Shown: in pieces, positions 6,371-13,137 of the stretch
Layout of the letters: every line of letters starts with the position of its first letter
Position numbering within the stretch: position 1 is the stretch's first letter
Assembly: GCA_020348445.1 (NCBI GenBank)
Contig: CP070751.1
Span: forward strand, 3,016,167 to 3,029,303
From: Thermoplasmata archaeon
GTDB taxonomy: Archaea > Thermoplasmatota > Thermoplasmata > GCA-020350865
Reading direction: 5' to 3'
DNA length: 13,137 nt
Made by a program: the position numbers and the translations under genes
The notes under the pieces: model-generated
What the model was told of the DNA's origin: nothing
Databases searched by the model: none
The model's input: only the letters and a program-made list of their open reading frames with translations

Positions 6371-9300
6371 ATGGTTTTTAAGGGTGATGAATTGGGTAAG
6401 AACAGCAGAAGGGGGCTTTGGGGCGGTAAATTTGAGATCTTTCTGATTCTTGTAATGATTAACTGCATCATATTGACAGGACTTTTGATTAATGTGCCAA
6501 ATGCTACCGCCGGGCCCGAGCTGGATCATATAATAATTCGGGACGCACCCAATGGAGGTGGAGATCCCGTTGGAAACAGATCATATGATCTCGGTGACAC
6601 CGATACTTTCTATGCTGCTGGTTACAATAAATCCTCAGGCTATATGGGTGACATTGATGTCGGGTGGAGTGTCACTGTCAAATACATTGGGACCGTGACT
6701 GCGTACGGGAACTCCACGACATTTACTCCGACAAATCCAGGATCCACCTACATTACGGTGACTACCGACCCCACCCTGGAAAAAGGGATCGGAAACACAA
6801 CAGGCGTGATAAATGTATTCAAACATTCAATAGATTACATAGTAATCCATGAGCTCGGGGACGATGACTGGGTGGAGGATAGATACTATTATCCAGGGCA
6901 ATACGATTTCTTTTTTGCGGCTGGATTCAATAACACGCATTTATATCAGGGATCCTACGCCGCGACCTGGACAAGCTCAGATCCAAATGTCTCGATAATC
7001 GTTTCATCAGAGACCAAACCCTATAAAAATGAGTTTCGGGCCATTGGTACCGGAAATTGCACAGTAACCGCGGATTTCGGCGGTGGCATAACAAATACCA
7101 CGGGAACGCTCACGGTGGGCCCGAACATAGACTATTTCACAATCCGCGACGGCCCCAATAACATGGGCAGCCCTGTGGGTAACAGAACATACCATGTCGG
7201 CGATAACGATACCTTTTATGCCGCCGGTTACAACAAATCCTCTGGCTATCTCGGTGATATTGTTGTCATGTGGAATATCGAGCCTGAGCGATTGGGTAAT
7301 GGAACAGTATATGCCAATTCCACGACATTTAACGCAACAGGGCCGGGATCCGGGATAATCAGGGTGTCTCTTCGATCATGGACAATAAGGACCGGGAATC
7401 AAACCGGTGTGATAACCGTTTTCAATAACTCAATAGATAAGATAATAATCAGTGATAACTTCTACGGGAATGGTACATGGATTGGAGATAGAACCCATTA
7501 TGTGGGTGATATCCTTCTGATTGTAGTGGCCGGGTACAATAACACCCATGGCTACGAGGGGGACTTTGCCGTATCATTGACAAGCTCCGATCCAAACATA
7601 TGCAGGATAGAAGAGTCAATAGGTTATCCGAGATGGCATGAACTCTATGCGATGAGTGTTGGAAACTGCACCGTAACCGCGGAGTTTGGTGGTGGCATAA
7701 CAAATACCACAGGAACGCTCACAATCGGTCCGAAAATAGACTATGTGATCATCAGGGATGCCCCTAACGGAACAGGAGATGTGATAGATAATCGAACCTA
7801 TGAAACCTTCGAGAGTGATACATTTTATGCGGCAGGTTACAACAACACCTTCGGTTATCAGGATGATGTGGATGTGTACTGGGTCAGTGAACATGAAGAT
7901 GTGGGCAGGGTCCACCCCGAAGAGGGAAAGATGATCTACCATTCATCGTCCGTCACGTTCGAGCCGATATATAACGGCTCAACATGGATCGAGGTGTTCT
8001 ATTACCGCATGAGGTATCACCCTGGATATGATTGGGTGTACAATAAGACAGGCGAAATCAAGGTAAATTCACCGCCCGATATCACGGTTGATGATTCGGG
8101 GGGAGCAGACTATCTCACCATCCAGGAGGCAATAGATGCGGCAAATATCGGTGGAAAGATACTGGTGAATGAAGGCATTTACAACGAACATGTGAATGTC
8201 TACAAACGCTTGAAGATAATAGGAGAATCCAGATCCGGCACCATCATCGATGGCGCAAGTTCAGGTACAGTAGTATCAATTACGGCATCCGATGTTATTC
8301 TGAAGACATTGACCATTCAAAATGGAGACTATGGGGTATTTATAGATAAAGCCAACAATACCGAGATAACACAATGTCTGGTAAAAAACTATGATTACGG
8401 TATTTACAATAATTATACAATGGATGGTTTAATCATGCTTAATGAGGTGACTAACGGAAGCTATGGTATTGTAACCTATGAAGCCGGGGATGATGCCGTA
8501 ATTTGGAATACCATATCCTATAACACAGTTTGCGGTGCAAAGGATTACAACACCGAAAGGGGGAGATGCTTCAATTGGAATATTTTTCGTCATAATAAAA
8601 TCGCGTATTGGTACGACCCCACAAAAGAACTTACTGAGATGGAATTCGATGGCAACCTCTTGGAGCACAATGAAATCGGTGTGAAGGTATCTGACGCCTC
8701 AACTGTTCGCATCACAAACAATACCATCACAGACGGTGATTACGGCATCTATATTGAAAACGCATCGCCCTGGTTATTCGCGAATATGATCGAGAATAAT
8801 AGGATAGGTATTTACTGCTTCCTTTCGAATTCCACAGTCGAAAGCAACAACATAAACAATTCCGACTATGGAATCTACAGCAGGGACTCTTCACCTCGCC
8901 TCATAAAAAATATGGTAATAGAAAACAAAGAGCCTGCAATTTATGTTGAAAGGGCCGACATAATCATAATAGCAGATAATACCGCAGACGAAATTATCAT
9001 AAAAAACTCAACGGTAAAGGAGCTCTCTTTGATAAATACCGAGGCAATCATAATCAACAGTACGGTCCTGAGCCTCTGTTACGATCCACAATCAAGACTC
9101 ATCACAAAATGGTTCTTGAGAATTAGAGTGGAAGATCCTAAGGGATATATAGTTGATAACGCAACGGTTAGAATCCAAGATATTTTCGGAAACGAGAATG
9201 CGGTTTTACTAACGGATTCGGACGGTTGGACCGACCCCATAGCGCTCACAGAATTCGTTTTAGATGTAAATGGACAGACTTACCACACACCACATATGAT

Positions 9301-9952
9301 TTTAGTCGAAAAAGAAGGTGCATCATGTGAAGAAACTGTCACAGTGAATAAAGATATGAATCTGTTGGTTACACTCAAACAATCAACTCCTATAGTACGA
9401 GGAGAATTCCCCTGGATTATTCTTCTGGTCATTGGATCTGTAAGTGCAGTAGGTGTTGGTTGTTTACTTGGAACTGAAATAGGGAAGTTATCATTACTGT
9501 CGCTGTTCATTCCGTTGTACATGAAGCTAAAAAAGGAGAACGTGCTTGACCATTATAATCGAGGCCGGGTTTATCAATTCATTGAGCTCAATCCAGGCGA
9601 GCATTACAATTCCATAAAGAAGGCCTTTGACATGAATTCTGGGGCACTTACCTATCATCTATATGTTCTTGAGAAGGCAGAGAAAATCAAATCAAGAAAA
9701 GACGGTATCTATAAACGATTCTATCCCCACAACGCAACAGTCCCTCAAAATAATGGCGGGATTCTTACAGAAATTCAGAAACGTATTGTGGATAGCATTC
9801 GAGATCTACCTGGAGCAACTCAAAAAGAACTGGCTTCGGTGCTGGGTCTGCGTCAATCGACATTAAGTTACCAACTTACAAAGCTTGAGACAAAAGGTGT
9901 GATAAGAGCCGCAAGAAAGGGCAAACATACGTGTTATTATCCGAAATTATAG
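6371..9952 (+). CDS. Membrane-anchored surface protein: signal/TM, five ~100-aa Ig-like repeats (A-B-A-B-A), parallel beta-helix (NosD/pectin-lyase-like), TM, two C-terminal wHTH domains
   Basis: 1193-aa ORF. Repeats of ID(Y/H)I.IRD.PN..G...NR.Y...D.FYAAGYN. DYLTIQEAIDAA followed by GI-I/N-I repeats. TM FPWIILLVIGSV. wHTH segments NSGALTYHLYVLE and TQKELASVLGLRQSTLSYQLTKLE. Confidence 0.88.
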   Translation: MVFKGDELGKNSRRGLWGGKFEIFLILVMINCIILTGLLINVPNATAGPELDHIIIRDAPNGGGDPVGNRSYDLGDTDTFYAAGYNKSSGYMGDIDVGWSVTVKYIGTVTAYGNSTTFTPTNPGSTYITVTTDPTLEKGIGNTTGVINVFKHSIDYIVIHELGDDDWVEDRYYYPGQYDFFFAAGFNNTHLYQGSYAATWTSSDPNVSIIVSSETKPYKNEFRAIGTGNCTVTADFGGGITNTTGTLTVGPNIDYFTIRDGPNNMGSPVGNRTYHVGDNDTFYAAGYNKSSGYLGDIVVMWNIEPERLGNGTVYANSTTFNATGPGSGIIRVSLRSWTIRTGNQTGVITVFNNSIDKIIISDNFYGNGTWIGDRTHYVGDILLIVVAGYNNTHGYEGDFAVSLTSSDPNICRIEESIGYPRWHELYAMSVGNCTVTAEFGGGITNTTGTLTIGPKIDYVIIRDAPNGTGDVIDNRTYETFESDTFYAAGYNNTFGYQDDVDVYWVSEHEDVGRVHPEEGKMIYHSSSVTFEPIYNGSTWIEVFYYRMRYHPGYDWVYNKTGEIKVNSPPDITVDDSGGADYLTIQEAIDAANIGGKILVNEGIYNEHVNVYKRLKIIGESRSGTIIDGASSGTVVSITASDVILKTLTIQNGDYGVFIDKANNTEITQCLVKNYDYGIYNNYTMDGLIMLNEVTNGSYGIVTYEAGDDAVIWNTISYNTVCGAKDYNTERGRCFNWNIFRHNKIAYWYDPTKELTEMEFDGNLLEHNEIGVKVSDASTVRITNNTITDGDYGIYIENASPWLFANMIENNRIGIYCFLSNSTVESNNINNSDYGIYSRDSSPRLIKNMVIENKEPAIYVERADIIIIADNTADEIIIKNSTVKELSLINTEAIIINSTVLSLCYDPQSRLITKWFLRIRVEDPKGYIVDNATVRIQDIFGNENAVLLTDSDGWTDPIALTEFVLDVNGQTYHTPHMILVEKEGASCEETVTVNKDMNLLVTLKQSTPIVRGEFPWIILLVIGSVSAVGVGCLLGTEIGKLSLLSLFIPLYMKLKKENVLDHYNRGRVYQFIELNPGEHYNSIKKAFDMNSGALTYHLYVLEKAEKIKSRKDGIYKRFYPHNATVPQNNGGILTEIQKRIVDSIRDLPGATQKELASVLGLRQSTLSYQLTKLETKGVIRAARKGKHTCYYPKL

Positions 9953-10024
9953 ATTTATAAACAGAAATCAGCCTGACCATATCTTATATTTAACGCAGTG
10001 AAAAGCAGAACCATTTCTCTAATA

Positions 10025-10279
10025 ATCCACATCCCAGAAAGGAACCTGCACTAAGTACCTGTAGCCTATAGGGCCCTGAATTCCTTTTTAGAGGTCGGGT
10101 TTATCCTGAGAGAAGACATAATTGTACTTCAGTGGCAGTGCAAGCGCACGCCCTATTGGGTGAAGAAGTCCATGGAGTCTAATTTCTTGATGATTATGCA
10201 TGAACACCTTTTCGTGTTTCGAAAGCCAGCTGAAAAAGAAAAATTGAATAAGTTTAAAGAGAGTATGGCTCTCGAATAG
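10025..10279 (+). pseudogene. 3' remnant of the second methyltransferase copy (RNLH*VPVAY...EDIIVLQWQCKRTPYWVKKS...ESMALE*), lacking inserts 3 and 4
   Basis: Collinear with 2742-3162 minus the inserts. Premature TAA at 10052-10054. Confidence 0.92.
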
Positions 10280-10282
10280 GAT

Positions 10283-10459
10283 TCAACTGCTGGGAACCTT
10301 CCAGTAACCCTTCTTGATGGCCTTTAAAATCCTGATTATATGGAGTTCATACATCATATCGTCGTTCGGGAACTCACTTCTGACATCCCTCTTGATTTTT
10401 TCTATCTCCCGAGCGGAAAGGCCGGAGTTTTTGAATGCAATATCTATATTGTACATCAT
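10283..10459 (-). CDS. 58-aa protein downstream of the PIN gene, putative antitoxin or partner (absent from the ORF track)
   Basis: MMYNIDIAFKNSGLSAREIEKIKRDVRSEFPNDDMMYELHIIRILKAIKKGYWKVPSS*. The AAGGTGA RBS overlaps the PIN stop codon. Confidence 0.75.
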   Translation of the reverse strand: MMYNIDIAFKNSGLSAREIEKIKRDVRSEFPNDDMMYELHIIRILKAIKKGYWKVPSS

Positions 10460-10471
10460 ATATATATCACC

Positions 10472-10924
10472 TTATAATTCAGGTGGGGCGATTATATCTA
10501 TGGTTTTATAACCATTTAAACTATTCGCTTCATTTGCTTCCAGGCGAGTTTTTCTTTTTACTAGATGCTCGAAATTCCAGCTTACCAAAATATCTATACT
10601 ATTAACAGAAGCCAAAGCGAGATGTATTGCATCCTCTCTGTATTTCTCGGGGAAAATACCTCTTTTTATGTATTTATCAGCCAAAGCTTCACTTTCCTCA
10701 TTCACCTGCAATATTTCAAAGTCTTTTGTAAGTAGAATAAGGTTCTCTCTAAATTTGTCATCCGATACAGCGTTCAATTCATCAATCACGACTTCAGAGG
10801 CGAATTTATCATATTCATTTAATTTTGCCCAGAAATCTTGGGTTTGTTCTTGTCTCATCTTGGCCCGATCGTCAAAGTAAGCACTGAAGACTGATGTGTC
10901 GAGATACACTTTCAATTTTGCCAT
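10472..10924 (-). CDS. PIN-domain protein (VapC-like ribonuclease)
   Basis: VYLDTSV, SEVVIDEL, DAIHLALA and LVSWNFEHL carry the acidic PIN catalytic residues. Confidence 0.9.
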   Translation of the reverse strand: MAKLKVYLDTSVFSAYFDDRAKMRQEQTQDFWAKLNEYDKFASEVVIDELNAVSDDKFRENLILLTKDFEILQVNEESEALADKYIKRGIFPEKYREDAIHLALASVNSIDILVSWNFEHLVKRKTRLEANEANSLNGYKTIDIIAPPEL

Positions 10925-10953
10925 TTACAGTCACCTAGAAGATACGTTAACGA

Positions 10954-11129
10954 TTATTCATTTATTACTATTTCATATTTTCTAGTGAAGGATTGCCACC
11001 CTTCTAATCCCCTTTTAAAACCCTCGCATTGCTCATAATATTCCGAATACTGCTCATTCCCAACCTCCTTCCATCTCCTCTGGGGGTCCATTCCAACCAC
11101 GTATACTCCCTAAACCCCACTCTCGCCTC
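10954..11129 (-). pseudogene. 5'-truncated, frameshifted copy of the small gene at 1-161
   Basis: 11054-11129 aligns to 1-77 (roughly 85%) with a 1-nt deletion. The corrected frame continues WKEVGNEQYSEYYEQCEGFKRGLEGWQSFTRKYEIVINE* to TAA at 10954. Confidence 0.75.
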
Positions 11130-11247
11130 CCCTTTTTGCGCAGCAAAAATCGAATTCACCTCACGCAGATTGTAAAAGCAAGACCTAAAAGCAACGCACA
11201 TATCCCCTCTGCTCGGCCTAAAATCCCCCCATTTTAGGGGATTCTAT

Positions 11248-11448
11248 AGGGTTGAGCCAGTAATAAAAAACCTACCTATAATCTGTCATCCGCCCTCTCT
11301 CACATTTGGTATACCAAATTCGTGAGATAAGACCCGAAATCCATTTCCCAAATCCATGAGATAGACCTCAATTTCATTTCCAAATGCGTGAGATGATCTG
11401 TGTTTAAATTACCGATTGAAAGATCTTACATTCTCAGGTAATTAAAAT
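11248..11448. repeat. ~200-bp direct repeat, copy 1 (upstream of the ATPase)
   Basis: Core 11296-11448 versus 12985-13137 is ungapped with 14 mismatches in 153 bp. The last 54 bp are identical. Confidence 0.95.
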
Positions 11449-11569
11449 TCACGGGCACACATTTAATTATAAACCCAACTGAAGTGCACTGTGTATACCA
11501 AATTCGTGAGATATCGCACGAAAACTGTATACCAAATCCGTGCGATAAACAACCAAAGCCCTGAGATAA
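11314..11569 (+). repeat. Iteron-like motif CCAAATNCGTGAGATA at 11314, 11348, 11380, 11498, 11532 and (degenerate) 11553
   Basis: Read directly. Spacings are 34, 32, 118, 34 and 21 bp. The first copy overlaps the palindrome ATTTGGTATACCAAAT (11304-11319). Confidence 0.8.
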
Positions 11570-11625
11570 AACCCGATAAATAGAGTAACTTTTATTCAAT
11601 TATCGTCTCTTTTAGGGCTTATAAA

Positions 11626-11686
11626 TGCGCAGTTTATTGCGTAAATAACAACAAAAATGCGCAACCAACTGCGCAAAATATATAAA
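11626..11686 (+). promoter_or_regulatory. Two TGCGCA-N6-TGCG(T/C)A dyads (11626-11643, 11658-11675) directly upstream of TATA box TATATAAA (11679-11686)
   Basis: Both dyads have a 6-nt spacer and are 32 bp apart. The TATA box ends 30 bp before ATG 11716. Confidence 0.6.
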
Positions 11687-11715
11687 GGGGTTTTACATTA
11701 ACATTATAGGATACC

Positions 11716-12897
11716 ATGGTTTCAAAGGATGTTCTCGAGGATGTAATAGATGAATGGGCTGAAGAAATAACAAATGAAAAAGTTATCCATAGGGATATCA
11801 CGAACAGAATCGAAAAAACCCTAGATTACGAAGAAGTGACAATAATAAAGGGGGTCAGACGATCAGGAAAAACATTCACACTCTACGAACTATTTCAAAA
11901 ACACAGCGGAGTTTATATCAATTTCGAGGATGACCGTTTGTACGATTTTACCATGGAGGATTTCGAGAAGGTCATGGATATAACCAAAAAAAATAACCAG
12001 AGTACTTTATACCTGGATGAAGTACAGGAAGTTACCGGTTGGGAGAAATTTGCACATCGCACACATAGAAGAATCAAGATTCTGGTAACAGGCTCCAATT
12101 CTAAGCTACTTTCATCAGAATTTTCAAAATCTCTTGTTGGGAGAACCAAGAGTTATTCGATATATCCCCTATCCTATCCAGAATTCCTAAGATTCAAAAA
12201 AATGAAGAGAAGCAGGAATTCTCTTTCAGACTACATGAAAATCGGAGGTTTTCCCCGAATTGTTCTCACAGAAGATATATCACTTGCCAATGAATATTTC
12301 GAAAGAATAATATACAGAGATATTCTCGGCAGGGAAAAGGTCAAGTATCCCGAGGCAATGAAAATACTGGCATTGTATTTACTTTCCAATATTGGAAAGG
12401 AGTTCTCTTACCGCTCCCTTAAAAATGTATGTGGGATAAAACATGAAAACACGGTAAAGGATTATATCGGTAAGCTTAAAGAGGCTTTTTTAATCCATGT
12501 AATAAACAGATTCCATCCCTCTCTAAAGGTTCAGGAATCATATGGTAAGAAGACATACGCAATTGATCCATCATTCATTCATCTGGGGAAAAGAGGAAGC
12601 CCGGACAGTGGAAGGATACTGGAAAATATGGTTTTTCTTCATCTTCTGAGGAAGGGGCATGATATCTATTTCGGGAAAAATAAAAAAGAGGTGGATTTCA
12701 TTATCTGTGAAGGTCTTAAACCACAAAAAATAATGAATGTAACGTACGAAGCAGAGACAGAAGAAACAAAAAAAAGGGAGCTTGCTTCTCTTTTACATTA
12801 TCAAAAAGAAATCGGAGTTGAAGGTGAAATGATATCTATGTATCCTTTTAAACTACCTAAGGATATAGAACTTCTTCTTGCACATAGATTCTTATAA
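11716..12897 (+). CDS. AAA+ ATPase, AAA_14 plus DUF4143 type
   Basis: Walker A GVRRSGKT, Walker B LYLDEVQ, TGSNS, YMKIGGFP, and C-terminal GRILENMVF...EVDF. Confidence 0.9.
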   Translation: MVSKDVLEDVIDEWAEEITNEKVIHRDITNRIEKTLDYEEVTIIKGVRRSGKTFTLYELFQKHSGVYINFEDDRLYDFTMEDFEKVMDITKKNNQSTLYLDEVQEVTGWEKFAHRTHRRIKILVTGSNSKLLSSEFSKSLVGRTKSYSIYPLSYPEFLRFKKMKRSRNSLSDYMKIGGFPRIVLTEDISLANEYFERIIYRDILGREKVKYPEAMKILALYLLSNIGKEFSYRSLKNVCGIKHENTVKDYIGKLKEAFLIHVINRFHPSLKVQESYGKKTYAIDPSFIHLGKRGSPDSGRILENMVFLHLLRKGHDIYFGKNKKEVDFIICEGLKPQKIMNVTYEAETEETKKRELASLLHYQKEIGVEGEMISMYPFKLPKDIELLLAHRFL

Positions 12898-12936
12898 TAA
12901 TTCTGAATGAGAAGCATTTCATATATCATTTCACAA

Positions 12937-13137
12937 AGGGCTCAGCCAGTATAAAAAAGTCCCCCACTTTTCAAAATTATCCCATCTCTCACATTTGGTA
13001 TACAAAATCCGTGAGATAAAATCCAAAAAGCATTTCCCAAATCCGCGAGACAAACCTCGATTTCATATCCAAATGCGTGAGACGATCTGTGTTTAAATTA
13101 CCGATTGAAAGATCTTACATTCTCAGGTAATTAAAAT
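12937..13137. repeat. ~200-bp direct repeat, copy 2 (downstream of the ATPase, runs to the window edge)
   Basis: Offset 1689 bp from copy 1. Contains three copies of the CCAAATNCGTGAGA motif. Confidence 0.95.

Noticed and set aside
11217-11243. Two mutually exclusive small hairpins (CCTAAAAT/ATTTTAGG and AATCCCC/GGGGATT)
   Set aside because: Real but short, with no linked transcript or recognisable element, so no call can be supported.
11314-11569. CRISPR array
   Set aside because: The units are degenerate ~16-bp motifs with short, partly conserved intervals, not identical repeats with unique 30-40-bp spacers. No cas genes are present.
3619-12149. Short antisense or alternate-frame ORFs inside hicB, both surface genes, the PIN gene and the ATPase, plus 10314-10511(+) and the 11004-11201 reading
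   Set aside because: They overlap better-supported genes. ORF 11004-11201 is a chimera of the pseudogene read across its frameshift.

Overview
Archaeal accessory or defence-type region. The surface-protein architectures and GGTGA/GGAG ribosome-binding sites suggest Thermoplasmata (inference). Gene order: partial small hypothetical gene (-), wHTH regulator (+) with a 20-bp palindrome next to its TATA box, AT-rich type I phosphoribosyltransferase-fold gene (-), an interrupted N4C/N6A-type methyltransferase gene (+), hicAB, two large repeat-containing surface proteins, remnants of a second methyltransferase copy, a PIN gene with an unannotated 58-aa partner, a frameshifted copy of the first small gene, and an AAA_14/DUF4143-type ATPase flanked by ~200-bp direct repeats. 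The main observation is the methyltransferase gene (1874-3162). It is split by four different 90-94-nt inserts, each folding into two tandem hairpins that span almost the whole insert. Removing them in silico restores one stop-free 305-aa ORF. Insert-free alleles of three of the four sites survive as pseudogene fragments in the same window. The inserts do not fit the BHB, group I/II, IS or matched-codon bypass rules I could check by eye, so they are a candidate new class of small intervening sequence. Whether they are actually removed in vivo cannot be seen from the sequence.
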